A DNA stretch of 64,000 nucleotides. It comes from an uncultured Propionivibrio sp. (GTDB lineage Bacteria; Pseudomonadota; Gammaproteobacteria; Burkholderiales; Rhodocyclaceae). Under the pieces are notes generated by a model, which saw nothing but the letters and a program-made list of their open reading frames with translations, made no database searches and had not been told where the DNA came from. Position numbers and translations under genes: made by a program. Position 1 is the stretch's first letter. Each line of letters opens with the position of its first letter. Positions 20,732 through 32,724 of this stretch are shown one piece after another. The stretch is taken from positions 664,551 to 728,550 of the forward strand of contig NZ_CAXXPH010000001.1 in the NCBI RefSeq assembly GCF_963666255.2, read 5' to 3'.

Positions 20732-23059
20732 TCAGGCGTGCGTGGACAGCTTCTCATGGAAGGTCCGGTTGATGACGTCGAGTTGCTGCTCGCGCGTCAA
20801 CTTGATGAAGTTGACCGCATAGCCCGACACGCGAACCGTCAGCTGCGGATACTTCTCCGGATGATCCATCGCGTCCTGCAGTGTCTCGCGGGTAAACACG
20901 TTGACGTTGATATGCTGGCCGCCTTCACCGAAATAGCCGTCGAGCAGACCAACCAGGTTGCCGATGCGTTCGTTGCCGGTCTTGCCGAGCGCCTTCGGCA
21001 CCACCGAGAAGGTGTAGGAAACACCATCCTGCGCGTGCTCGTAGTCGATCTTGGCGACCGAGCGCATCGATGCCAGCGCGCCCTTCTTGTCGCGACCGTG
21101 CATCGGGTTGGCACCCGGTGCGAACGGTTCGCCGGCCTTGCGGCCGCACGGCGTATTGCCGGTCTTCTTGCCATACACGACGTTCGAGGTGATGGTCAGG
21201 ACCGACTGCGTGTGCATCGCGTCGCGATACGTCGGATGCTGGCGCAGCTTCTCCATGAAGCTCTTGACCACCTTGGTCGCGATCTCGTCGACGCGGTCGT
21301 CGTCGTTGCCGAAGGCCGGGTACTCGCCGTCGATCTGGTAGTCGACCGCGAGGCCGCTCTCGTCGCGAATGACATGGACCTTGGCGTACTTGATCGCCGA
21401 CAGCGAGTCCGCCACCACCGACAAGCCGGCGATGCCGCAGGCCATCGTGCGCAGGATGTGCATGTCATGGAGCGCCATTTCGATGCGCTCGTAGGCATAA
21501 CGGTCGTGCATGTAGTGGATGACATTCAGCGCATTGACATAAGTGCCGGCCAGCCAGTCCATCATGTGGTCGAAGCGCGACATCACCTCGTCGAAGCTGA
21601 GGACGTTGGCGGTGATCGGCGCGAACGGCGTCGTCACCTGCTTGCCGCTCACTTCGTCGCGACCGCCGTTGATCGCGTACAGCAGCGCCTTGGCGAGGTT
21701 GACGCGGGCGCCGAAGAACTGCATCTGCTTGCCGGTGCGCATTGCCGAGACACAGCAGGCGATCGAATAATCGTCGCCCCAGTACTGGCGCATCAGATCG
21801 TCATTTTCGTACTGGATCGAGCTCGTATCGATCGATTGCTGGGCGCAGTAATCCTTGAAGCCTTGCGGCAGCAGGTGCGACCAGAGCACGGTCAGGTTCG
21901 GTTCCGGTGCCGGGCCGAGCGTCGTCAGCGTGTGCAGGAAGCGGAAGCTGTTCTTGGTCACCAGCGGACGGCCGTCGATGCCGACACCGCCGATTGCTTC
22001 GGTCACCCAGGTCGGGTCGCCCGAGAACAACGCGTTGTAGTCGTGCGTGCGCAGGAAGCGGACCATACGCAGCTTGATGATCAGGTCATCGACGAGTTCC
22101 TGCGCTTCAACTTCGGTCAGCAGACCGTCCTGGATGTCGCGCTCAACGTAGATGTCGAGGAAGGTGCTGACACGGCCGAGCGACATGGCGGCGCCGTTCT
22201 GCTCCTTGATCGCCGCCAGATAACCGAAATAGGTCCACTGGATCGCTTCCTGGGCGTTGCGCGCCGGCTTGGCAATGTCAAAGCCATAGCTTTGCGCCAT
22301 CTGGCCGAGTTCTTCGAGCGCCATGATCTGACGCGAGAGCTCTTCGCGCAGGCGGATCGTCTCTTCCTTGATCACGTCGAGGCGGAGTTCATGCTTCTGC
22401 GATTTCTTGTCCTCGATCAGGCGGTCGAGACCGTAAAGGGCAACGCGGCGGTAATCGCCGATGATACGGCCGCGGCCGTAGGCATCGGGCAGGCCCGTGA
22501 TGATCGCCGAATTACGCGCCCGCATCATGTCTTCGGTATAGGCATCGAAGACGCCCTGGTTGTGCGTGCGGCGATATTCGCTGAAGACGCGCTCGATCTC
22601 GGGATCGATCTGGTAGCCGTATTCCTTCAGCGCCTGTGCTGCCATGCGAATGCCGCCGAACGGCATCATCGCCCGCTTCAGGGGCTTGTCGGTCTGCAGG
22701 CCGACGATCTTCTCGAGCTTGGCGTCGATGTAACCAGCCGCATGCGTCGCGATATTGCCGACGACATGCGTATCGGCATCGATCACGCCACCCTTGTCGA
22801 GTTCTTCCTTGTAGAGCGCGAGGACCTGGGTCCACAGTTTTTGCGTGCGATCGGTCGCCGGCGCCAGGAAGGCGCTGTCGCCGTGGTACGGCGTGTAGTT
22901 GCGGTGGATGAAATCGCGGACGTTGATTTCCTTCGCCCAGATCCCGGCTTCGAATCCCTCCCAGGCATTCTCGCGAACCGGCTGTGCCGCCACCGTCGTG
23001 TCGTTGTCGCTGACGCCGACCGCTTTCGCCTTGTCAGCCGTTTTCTTGCCTTTGGCCAT
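20732..23059 (-). CDS. pflB: Formate C-acetyltransferase (pyruvate formate-lyase)
   Basis: IACCVS catalytic Cys pair, [11 protein letters not shown] glycyl-radical motif, GGAGG RBS before ATG 23059. Confidence 0.97.
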   Translation of the reverse strand: MAKGKKTADKAKAVGVSDNDTTVAAQPVRENAWEGFEAGIWAKEINVRDFIHRNYTPYHGDSAFLAPATDRTQKLWTQVLALYKEELDKGGVIDADTHVVGNIATHAAGYIDAKLEKIVGLQTDKPLKRAMMPFGGIRMAAQALKEYGYQIDPEIERVFSEYRRTHNQGVFDAYTEDMMRARNSAIITGLPDAYGRGRIIGDYRRVALYGLDRLIEDKKSQKHELRLDVIKEETIRLREELSRQIMALEELGQMAQSYGFDIAKPARNAQEAIQWTYFGYLAAIKEQNGAAMSLGRVSTFLDIYVERDIQDGLLTEVEAQELVDDLIIKLRMVRFLRTHDYNALFSGDPTWVTEAIGGVGIDGRPLVTKNSFRFLHTLTTLGPAPEPNLTVLWSHLLPQGFKDYCAQQSIDTSSIQYENDDLMRQYWGDDYSIACCVSAMRTGKQMQFFGARVNLAKALLYAINGGRDEVSGKQVTTPFAPITANVLSFDEVMSRFDHMMDWLAGTYVNALNVIHYMHDRYAYERIEMALHDMHILRTMACGIAGLSVVADSLSAIKYAKVHVIRDESGLAVDYQIDGEYPAFGNDDDRVDEIATKVVKSFMEKLRQHPTYRDAMHTQSVLTITSNVVYGKKTGNTPCGRKAGEPFAPGANPMHGRDKKGALASMRSVAKIDYEHAQDGVSYTFSVVPKALGKTGNERIGNLVGLLDGYFGEGGQHINVNVFTRETLQDAMDHPEKYPQLTVRVSGYAVNFIKLTREQQLDVINRTFHEKLSTHA

Positions 23060-23134
23060 TACTGCTTCCTCCAGTTGATTACATCGATTACTTCGTAACT
23101 TCTTGCACGCTATTGGCATCAACGGCAACCCGCA

Positions 23135-23989
23135 TCAGCGGACGTCGCCATTGGCCCGAACAATCTTTCTGCCGCTCATGCGCAACGCCGTCGCCGGTTC
23201 CTCGACGTCATCGGCGGCCACCGCCTCGGCAATCGAGGGGCGCGACGCAAACCAGTACGCAACGCCCATGAACAACACGCCGCTCGTCGCATTGCCGAGC
23301 GTCGCCCACAGCAGGTTGTGGCCCCAGCCGGCGAGATTCACCGCCGGATCGCCGCCGCCCATCACACCGATCGACAGACCGGTCATGTTGGCGACGCTGT
23401 GTTCGTATCCGCTGGCGATGAAGCCGAGCAGACACCAGAAAATCAGGATGCATTTCGCCGCGTCGCTGGTCGTGCGGGCCGTCATCCAGACGGCAAGACA
23501 GACGAGCCAGTTGCAGAGGACGCCCTTGGCGAAAATCTGCAGCGCCGGCGGATGCATCTTGTAGGCGACGATTTCGTACAAAACCGTCCCATGCACCAGG
23601 TTGCCGCCTCCGGAAAGCATGAAGAGCGACGAGACGAGCAAGGCACCGGCCAGGTTGCCGACCCAGGTCAGCGCACAGAGCTTGACCGAATCGCCCGGCG
23701 AGGTCCGTCCCCGCAACCACCCCAAGGCCATGTACATCGTATAGCCGGTAAACAACTCCGATCCGGCAAAGATCACGAGCGTCAGCGAGATACCGAAACA
23801 GGCGCCCATGACCAGTCGACGCACCGACGGCGGCACATCGTTGCCGAGCGTAAAAATCAGGATGATCGCAAGACCCACATAGGCGCCGGCCATCATTGCG
23901 CCAACAAAGAATCCAGCGGGGGACTTCTTCTGATAGGCCACTTTTTTGGCGGCCAGATCGGCAAACTTATCGACGGTTTCAAGGTACAT
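23135..23989 (-). CDS. Formate/nitrite transporter (FNT) channel, NirC-like sequence
   Basis: MAGAYVGL.IILIFTLG, GSELFTG, LCNWLVCLAVWM, FIASGYEHSVANM. Confidence 0.92.
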   Translation of the reverse strand: MYLETVDKFADLAAKKVAYQKKSPAGFFVGAMMAGAYVGLAIILIFTLGNDVPPSVRRLVMGACFGISLTLVIFAGSELFTGYTMYMALGWLRGRTSPGDSVKLCALTWVGNLAGALLVSSLFMLSGGGNLVHGTVLYEIVAYKMHPPALQIFAKGVLCNWLVCLAVWMTARTTSDAAKCILIFWCLLGFIASGYEHSVANMTGLSIGVMGGGDPAVNLAGWGHNLLWATLGNATSGVLFMGVAYWFASRPSIAEAVAADDVEEPATALRMSGRKIVRANGDVR

Positions 23990-24063
23990 GGGCCACCACG
24001 CTAGGACTATCGCATAGAGAAATTATATTTCACCATGCGGGATATGGTCGTAAAAATCGGCGT

Positions 24064-24092
24064 ATTATAGTGATTTACACGAGGAAAATCAA
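24064..24092 (-). promoter_or_regulatory. Sigma70 promoter TTGATT-N17-TATAAT for FNT-pflB-pflA
   Basis: Near-consensus hexamers with exact 17-bp spacing. A second TATAAT lies at 24022-24027. Confidence 0.75.
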
Positions 24093-24113
24093 GCAATTCC
24101 GTCCGAAGCGCGT

Positions 24114-24140
24114 GATTGCCACACTATCACTGTGGCAATC
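24114..24140. promoter_or_regulatory. Perfect 10-bp palindrome GATTGCCACA-N7-TGTGGCAATC, candidate operator
   Basis: Centred about 70 bp upstream of the predicted pfl-operon start site. Confidence 0.6.
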
Positions 24141-24379
24141 CGGCAAATCGCCACGCGTTGCGCCTCCTGCCTTCAGGCGCCCGCATCCATCACGGCAGAC
24201 AAGCACCGCCATTGCGGAGGCTCAGGCGTCCCGGCGTCGCAATAAGAGTCACTCAAACACCGGTCGCAGCCACACCGAGGCTGCCAAGGCGCATGACGCG
24301 ATCTGAACCGTAAGAGGAGGCGCGTCGTAACGATGGCGGCACTCGAAAGGCGCCGTCGAAGCGGCGCGTCCGTACTGCC

Positions 24380-24955
24380 TCACCAACCCGCGCGGATCAC
24401 TTTCTCGGCCCAGAAAAGCGCCGTAATCGTCTTTCCGTCGGTGATCTCGCCACTGCGCACACCGGCAATCGCCTCGTCGAGACTCAGCGTCAGCAAATCG
24501 AGGAACTCGCCATGATCGAGTGACTGACCCGCCTGGCGAACAAGACCGCGCGCGACAAAAATCTCGATCCGCTCGTTTGAATAGCCGATACAGGGATGCA
24601 TGACGCCCAAATAACGCCAGTCGCTCGCCGTATAGCCGGTCTCCTCGAGCAGTTCGCGCTGTCCTGTATTCAGGATATCCTCGCCCGGATCAATCTTTCC
24701 GGCCGGAAATTCGAGAAAAGCCTGACGCGGCGGATAGCGGAATTGCCGCTCGAAAATCATCCGACCGTCATCAAGAATCGGAATGATCACCACCGCGCCC
24801 TGATGCCGGACGTATTCCCGCGTCGTTTCATGGCCGTCCGGTTGGCGGACACGATCAAGGCGCACCTCGAGCAGTCGCCCACGATAAACCTCGGTGCTGG
24901 CGATCTCGGTTTCGGTCAGGTGGGGATACCTGTCGTCTGGCAACTGGCTCATCAT
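24380..24955 (-). CDS. NUDIX hydrolase, ADP-ribose pyrophosphatase-like
   Basis: EFPAGKID.GE.....GQRELLEETGY, DGKTI. Usual position after nuoN in betaproteobacteria. Confidence 0.9.
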   Translation of the reverse strand: MMSQLPDDRYPHLTETEIASTEVYRGRLLEVRLDRVRQPDGHETTREYVRHQGAVVIIPILDDGRMIFERQFRYPPRQAFLEFPAGKIDPGEDILNTGQRELLEETGYTASDWRYLGVMHPCIGYSNERIEIFVARGLVRQAGQSLDHGEFLDLLTLSLDEAIAGVRSGEITDGKTITALFWAEKVIRAGW

Positions 24956-24966
24956 AACCTCGCATG

Positions 24967-24990
24967 AAAACGCCCCGGCAAGCGGGGCGT
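24967..24990 (-). terminator. Intrinsic terminator after nuoN
   Basis: ACGCCCCG-5nt-CGGGGCGT with TTTT on the minus strand. Confidence 0.7.
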
Positions 24991-25019
24991 CGGTGATTCA
25001 GAAACGCTGCAGGCTTCGG

Positions 25020-26507
25020 TCAGAGCGACCGCAGCAACACAAACGCGCAAATCGACATCAGCATCTGCGGGAACAGACCGAGCGCCGCCACAGCCAGGCC
25101 ATTGAACGACATCAGCACCTTGACGTCGAGCGAGGCGGTAATCGGCGCATCATCCGTCGGCACATCGAAATACATGACCTTGACGACGCGCAGATAGTAG
25201 TAGGCGCCGACCAGAGAGAACAACACGGCAGCGATCGCCAGCCAGAGATAGCCGGCGGCTACGACCGCCTGCAGTACCGAGAACTTGGCGAAGAAACCAA
25301 CGAAGAACGGGATGCCGGCCATCGAGAACATCATCATCATCATGACGGCGGCAAACCAAGGGCTGCGCTTGTTGAGGCCGGCGAGATCGCTGATTTCCTC
25401 TGACTCGAAACCGGCACGCGACAGCAGCAGGATCATGCCGAAGGTACCGGCACTGGTAATGACGTAGGTCATCACATAGAACATCGACGAACTGTAGGCA
25501 TTGATCGCAAAGCGCGCATCGCCGCCAACGACGCCGACGACGAGGCCGAGCAGCATGAAGCCCATGTGCGAGATGGCCGAATAGGCCAGCATGCGCTTGA
25601 GATTGGTCTGCGCGATCGCGGCGAAGTTACCGACGGCCATCGACAGCACCGACAGGATCAGCAACATGTTCTGCCAGTCGTTCGAGGCGACAAGCAGGCC
25701 ACCGACCAGCATGCGCATGACGATCGCAAACGCCGCGAGCTTCGGCGCGCTGGCGATGATCAGCGTCACCGCCGTCGGGGCGCCGTGATAGACGTCCGGA
25801 ATCCACATGTGGAACGGCACGACGCCGAGCTTGAAGGCAATGCCGGCGACCAGGAAGACGACGCCGAAGAGCAGCACGATCATGTCCGCCTGGCCCGAGA
25901 ACAGGCGTTCGGCCACCGTCGTGATCTCGAGCGAGCCAGTCGCGCCATAGATCATCGACATGCCGTAGAGCAGCAGACCCGACGCGAGCGCGCCGAGGAC
26001 GAAGTACTTCATCGCCGCCTCGGTCGCCTGGACCGAGTCGCGATTCAGCGCCACCATGCCATAGAGCGACAGCGACAGGAGTTCGATACCGATGTAGATC
26101 GTCAGGAAATGGTTGGCGGAGATCATCACCATCATGCCGAGCGTCGCGAACAGCGTCAGCGTGTAGAACTCGCCCTTCGCCAGTTGCGGGCGATCGAGCA
26201 CGTAGCCGCGCGAGTAGAACAGCACAACGATCATCACGATATCGAGCATCAGCTTGAGCAGATCGCCCATCAGATCGCCGACGTACATGTTGCTGAAGGT
26301 GTAGGCAACCTGTCCGCTGCTCACCATGACCGTCACGACGGCCGACGCCGCCAGGGTGAATTGCGTGAGGACGAAGGTCAGCGTGCGGTTCTTATCCCGG
26401 ACGAAGAGATCGACGATCATGATCAGGCAGGCCATGGCCAGCAGGAAGATCTCGGCGCTGGCGAGGCGCAGATCGGGCAGAGCAAATTGCATTTCGGCGA
26501 GCGTCAT
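25020..26507 (-). CDS. nuoN: NADH-quinone oxidoreductase subunit N
   Basis: [41 protein letters not shown]. Confidence 0.96.
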   Translation of the reverse strand: MTLAEMQFALPDLRLASAEIFLLAMACLIMIVDLFVRDKNRTLTFVLTQFTLAASAVVTVMVSSGQVAYTFSNMYVGDLMGDLLKLMLDIVMIVVLFYSRGYVLDRPQLAKGEFYTLTLFATLGMMVMISANHFLTIYIGIELLSLSLYGMVALNRDSVQATEAAMKYFVLGALASGLLLYGMSMIYGATGSLEITTVAERLFSGQADMIVLLFGVVFLVAGIAFKLGVVPFHMWIPDVYHGAPTAVTLIIASAPKLAAFAIVMRMLVGGLLVASNDWQNMLLILSVLSMAVGNFAAIAQTNLKRMLAYSAISHMGFMLLGLVVGVVGGDARFAINAYSSSMFYVMTYVITSAGTFGMILLLSRAGFESEEISDLAGLNKRSPWFAAVMMMMMFSMAGIPFFVGFFAKFSVLQAVVAAGYLWLAIAAVLFSLVGAYYYLRVVKVMYFDVPTDDAPITASLDVKVLMSFNGLAVAALGLFPQMLMSICAFVLLRSL

Positions 26508-26519
26508 AACGGATACCAG

Positions 26520-28004
26520 TTAGAGGATCTTGCTTGCGGCAACGTGACGGAGCAGCTCTTCGACCGAGCTGTGCATGATGTCGGTAAAGGGCGCCGGGTA
26601 CAGGCCCATGCCCAACGCACCGGCAGCGAGCAGGGACAGCACCAGGAATTCACGCGGCGTGATGTCGGTCAGTTCGGCGACATGGTGGTTGCCGACGTCG
26701 CCGAAAACGACGCGCTTGTACATCCAGAGCGTATAGGCGGCGCCGACGATCATCGTCGTTGCGGCAATGGCGGCCACCCAGAAGTTGAACTTCACCGCTC
26801 CCATGATCACCATGAATTCACCGACGAATCCCGACGTTGCGGGCAGGCCGGCATTGGCCATCGAGAAGAGCATGAAGAAGGCGGCGAACTTCGGCATCGT
26901 ATTGACGACACCGCCATAGTCGGCGATCTTGCGCGAATGGACGCGGTCATACATGACGCCGATGCTGAAGAACATGGCGCCGGAAACAAAACCGTGCGAG
27001 ATCATCTGCACCAGCGCCCCCTCGATACCGAGCGCGCTGAACATGAAGAAGCCAAGGGTGACGAAACCCATGTGCGCGATCGACGAGTAAGCCACGAGTT
27101 TCTTCATGTCGTCCTGAACAAGCGCGACGAACCCGATATAAACGACGGCGATCAGCGAAAGCGTGATGATCAGGCCGGCCAGTTCATGCGAGGCATCCGG
27201 CGCGATCGGCAGCGAAAACCGCAGGAAACCGTAGGCACCGAGCTTCAGCGCGATGGCCGCCAGCACGATCGAGCCACCGGTCGGTGCTTCGACGTGGGCA
27301 TCCGGCAACCACGTATGCACCGGCCACATCGGCACCTTGACGGCGAAGGCAACCAGGAAGGCCAGGAAGATCCAGCGCTGCTGCCCTGCCGCCAGCGGCA
27401 GCTGATGCCAATCGAGAATCGAGAAGCTGCCCCCCGACTGCACGAACAGATAGATCAGCGAGACCAGGAAGAGCAGCGAGCCCATCAAGGTGAAGAGGAA
27501 AAACTTGAAGGCGGCATAGACACGGTTCGGACCACCCCAGACACCGATGATCAGGTAGAGCGGAATCAGCGAGGCTTCGAAGAAGACGTAGAACAGCATC
27601 GCGTCGAGCGAGACGAAGATGCCGTTGAGCAGGCCCGACATGATCAGGAAGCCGGCGTTGTATTGCGCGACCTTGTTCTCGATCACCTTCCAGCCGCCGA
27701 GCACGACGATCACCGTGATGAAGCTGTTAAGGATCACGAACAGCATCGAGATGCCGTCGACGCCGAGGTGATAGTTGATGTTGAAGCGCGGAATCCACGA
27801 TGCCAGTTCGACGAACTGCATCTGCGGCGTCGTCAGGTCGAAACCGGTGTATAGCGGCAGCGTCACCAGCAAGCCGGCGACGGCGCCGGCCAGTGCGAGC
27901 ATGCGCGCCAGCGGCGCGTTGCGATCCGATCCGGTCAGCAGCACGGCGACGCCGGCGAAGATCGGAACCCAGATGGCCAAGGAGAGAAGCGGCATACCAG
28001 ACAT
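26520..28004 (-). CDS. nuoM: NADH-quinone oxidoreductase subunit M
   Basis: AVKVPMWPVHTWLPDAHVEAPTGGS, KKLVAYSS.AHMG. Confidence 0.96.
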   Translation of the reverse strand: MSGMPLLSLAIWVPIFAGVAVLLTGSDRNAPLARMLALAGAVAGLLVTLPLYTGFDLTTPQMQFVELASWIPRFNINYHLGVDGISMLFVILNSFITVIVVLGGWKVIENKVAQYNAGFLIMSGLLNGIFVSLDAMLFYVFFEASLIPLYLIIGVWGGPNRVYAAFKFFLFTLMGSLLFLVSLIYLFVQSGGSFSILDWHQLPLAAGQQRWIFLAFLVAFAVKVPMWPVHTWLPDAHVEAPTGGSIVLAAIALKLGAYGFLRFSLPIAPDASHELAGLIITLSLIAVVYIGFVALVQDDMKKLVAYSSIAHMGFVTLGFFMFSALGIEGALVQMISHGFVSGAMFFSIGVMYDRVHSRKIADYGGVVNTMPKFAAFFMLFSMANAGLPATSGFVGEFMVIMGAVKFNFWVAAIAATTMIVGAAYTLWMYKRVVFGDVGNHHVAELTDITPREFLVLSLLAAGALGMGLYPAPFTDIMHSSVEELLRHVAASKIL

Positions 28005-28028
28005 ATCGTTCCCAGTCTTATTGTTCGT

Positions 28029-30101
<2,073 letters not shown>

Positions 30102-30103
30102 GG

Positions 30104-30409
30104 TCAACCCTTCAGGCTATCCAGATCATCCACATGGATGGTCTTCAGGTTGCGGAACAGGACGACCAGGATCGCCAGACCGATCGCCGATTCGGCAGCA
30201 GCCACCGTCAGGACGAAGAAGACGAAGACCTGACCGGCCAGATCATCGAGGTAATGCGAGAAGGCGATGAAGTTGGTATTGACCGCGAGCAGGATGAGTT
30301 CGATCGACATGAGCAGCACGATCAGGTTTTTCCGGTTGAGAAAAATCCCGACAACGCCGATCGCAAACAGGATCGCGCTCAATATCAAATAATGGGACAG
30401 TGTCAGCAT
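30104..30409 (-). CDS. nuoK: NADH-quinone oxidoreductase subunit K
   Basis: [28 protein letters not shown]. Confidence 0.95.
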   Translation of the reverse strand: MLTLSHYLILSAILFAIGVVGIFLNRKNLIVLLMSIELILLAVNTNFIAFSHYLDDLAGQVFVFFVLTVAAAESAIGLAILVVLFRNLKTIHVDDLDSLKG

Positions 30410-30471
30410 GTGTCTTCCCTGATTTTTTCCTCAAATGACGGCGTATTCGACCATCACGTTGAACAACTCTT

Positions 30472-31098
30472 TTAAACCGCCGGCCCGGCCGGTTCATCCT
30501 GCGACGGCTCGGCCGCCATCTTGACGATGCGCACGCGATCGGCCGCCTTGACGAAGACCTGCTCGGACGGACTCACCGACTTGCTCTTGCGCTTGCCTCG
30601 CAGCGTCAGCGCCACGGCAGCGACGACGCCAACCAGCAGCACGACCGACGCCAGTTCGAACGGATAGACGTAATCGGTAAACAACAGGCGCCCGACCGCC
30701 TTGGCATTGCTGAACGAGGCATCGGCCTGACTGGCAACGCTCTCCTGCACCGACGAAAAGCGCGCGTAGAGCACCAGGCTCATTTCCGCGACGATCAGGA
30801 GCGCGACGATGGCGCCCAGCGGCAGATAGCTCCAGAAGCCCTCACGCAGCCGGTCGAGATTGATGTCGAGCAGCATGACGACGAAGAGGAACAGCACCAT
30901 CACTGCGCCGACGTAGACGAGGATCAGCGCGATCGCGAGAAACTCCGCCTGAAGCAGCACCCAGAGGCCGCTCGCGCTGAAGAACGCCAGCACCAGATTC
31001 AGCGCCGCATGCACCGGATTGCGCAAGGTAACGACACGCAAGCTGGCGAAAACCAGGATCGCGGCCAGAAAGAAAAAAACGAAGGTCTTGAATTCCAT
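30472..31098 (-). CDS. nuoJ: NADH-quinone oxidoreductase subunit J
   Basis: NPVHAAL, AEFLAIALILVYVGAVMVLFLFVVMLL. Confidence 0.95.
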   Translation of the reverse strand: MEFKTFVFFFLAAILVFASLRVVTLRNPVHAALNLVLAFFSASGLWVLLQAEFLAIALILVYVGAVMVLFLFVVMLLDINLDRLREGFWSYLPLGAIVALLIVAEMSLVLYARFSSVQESVASQADASFSNAKAVGRLLFTDYVYPFELASVVLLVGVVAAVALTLRGKRKSKSVSPSEQVFVKAADRVRIVKMAAEPSQDEPAGPAV

Positions 31099-31112
31099 CG
31101 TATCAGCGCCCG

Positions 31113-31601
31113 TTAGCGATATTTGGCGTCACGCTCGCGGTCCTCGGCGATCTGCGCTTCATAGCGATCGCCAACAGCCAGCAGCATGTCTTTGGTGTAA
31201 TACAACTCGTCGCGGCTCTCCCCGTGATACTCGAAGACGCGCGTCTCGACGATGGCATCGACCGGACAGGCTTCCTCGCAGAAGCCGCAGTAGATGCACT
31301 TGTTGAAATCGATGTCATAACGCGTCGTCCGCCGCGAGCCATCCTCGCGTTCGGCCGACTCGATGGTGATCGCCATCGCCGGGCAGACCGCCTCGCACAG
31401 CTTGCAGGCGATGCAACGCTCTTCGCCGTTCGGGTAACGGCGCAAGGCGTGCAGGCCGCGGAAGCGCGGGCTCTGCGGCGTCCGCTCCTCGGGGTACTGC
31501 ACGGTGATCTTGCGCGCAAAGATATGGCGCCCGGTCACCGCCATGCCCTTGAACAATTCCTTGAGCAGGAGGCTGTTGAAAATTTCCTTCATCGAACCCA
31601 T
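31113..31601 (-). CDS. nuoI: NADH-quinone oxidoreductase subunit I
   Basis: [12 protein letters not shown] and [12 protein letters not shown] (two 4Fe-4S clusters). Confidence 0.96.
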   Translation of the reverse strand: MGSMKEIFNSLLLKELFKGMAVTGRHIFARKITVQYPEERTPQSPRFRGLHALRRYPNGEERCIACKLCEAVCPAMAITIESAEREDGSRRTTRYDIDFNKCIYCGFCEEACPVDAIVETRVFEYHGESRDELYYTKDMLLAVGDRYEAQIAEDRERDAKYR

Positions 31602-31611
31602 GTCTTGCCTC

Positions 31612-32724
31612 TCACTTCCAGATGTTCCACGGCGACATCATCCAGACACCCACCACCGTCAGCCAGGTCAGGCAGACGGGGATAAAAACCTTCCAGCCGA
31701 GGCGCATGACTTGGTCATAGCGGTAGCGCGGGAAGGTTGAACGGGCCCAGAAGAAGACGACCAGCAATGCAAAGATCTTGCCGAACAGCCAGAGAATGCT
31801 GTCGGGCAGGAAAGCGACCGGCGACAGCCAGCCGCCGAGGAAGAGCAGCGACACCAGCGTCGCGCCGAGGACCATCGCCGAATATTCGGCCAGCTGAAAC
31901 ACGGCGAAGGCCATGCCGGAATACTCGACGTGATAACCGACGATCTCCGACTCGCCTTCGGCCAGGTCGAACGGCGCCCGGTTGCACTCGGCGAAGATCG
32001 ACACCAGATACACCACGAACATTGGCCACAGCGGCAGCCAGTTCCACGACAGGAACTTGAGTCCCATGTCGGCGAACAGCCCCTGATCCTGACTCTTGAC
32101 GATGTCGATCAGGTTGAGGCTGCTCGAGATCATCATGACGACGACCAGCGACAGGCCCATCGCGACTTCGTAGGAAATCATCTGCGCCGCCGAGCGCATG
32201 CTGCCGAGGAAGGCATATTTCGAGTTCGACGCCCAACCGGCGAGGATGATGCCGTACACGCTGATCGAAGTGACCGCCATGACAAAGAGCAGACCGGCAT
32301 TGACGTTGGCGACGACGAGGAACTCGTTGAACGGGATGACTGCCCAGGCCACCAGCGCCGGCGCGAAAGCAAAGACCGGTGCGAGCAGGAAGACGGCACG
32401 GTCGGCCTTGGCCGGGATGACGACTTCCTTGAGCATCACTTTGAGACCGTCGGCCAGCGGCTGGATCAGACCGAGCGGACCGACGCGGTTCGGACCGATA
32501 CGCACCTGGATAGCGCCGATCACCTTGCGCTCGGCATACGTCGTGTAAGCGACGACGAGCAGCAGCGGCGCGATCACCAGCATCACCTTGATCACCGCCC
32601 AGACGGCGGTCAGCAGATTCTGCCAGACGGCCGGTCCGAAATAGCCGGCGCCCAGTTGCATCGCCTGGTCAAGATAGGGGAGAAGAAACCCCGGCAGCAA
32701 TTGCTGTAGCGTTTCCACCATCAT
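31612..32724 (-). CDS. nuoH: NADH-quinone oxidoreductase subunit H
   Basis: [52 protein letters not shown]. Confidence 0.95.
   Translation of the reverse strand: MMVETLQQLLPGFLLPYLDQAMQLGAGYFGPAVWQNLLTAVWAVIKVMLVIAPLLLVVAYTTYAERKVIGAIQVRIGPNRVGPLGLIQPLADGLKVMLKEVVIPAKADRAVFLLAPVFAFAPALVAWAVIPFNEFLVVANVNAGLLFVMAVTSISVYGIILAGWASNSKYAFLGSMRSAAQMISYEVAMGLSLVVVMMISSSLNLIDIVKSQDQGLFADMGLKFLSWNWLPLWPMFVVYLVSIFAECNRAPFDLAEGESEIVGYHVEYSGMAFAVFQLAEYSAMVLGATLVSLLFLGGWLSPVAFLPDSILWLFGKIFALLVVFFWARSTFPRYRYDQVMRLGWKVFIPVCLTWLTVVGVWMMSPWNIWK

Noticed and set aside
23075-23090. FNR-box-like TTGATTACATCGAT before pflB
   Set aside because: Spacing is N3 and the right half is ATCGA, not TTGAT-N4-ATCAA.
19826-23098. 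1090-aa plus-strand ORF
   Set aside because: Antisense shadow of pflB/pflA caused by high-GC codon bias; no recognisable motifs.
24333-24515. 60-aa plus-strand ORF with a GAGGAG RBS
   Set aside because: Most of it overlaps the NUDIX gene antisense and it has no recognisable features.
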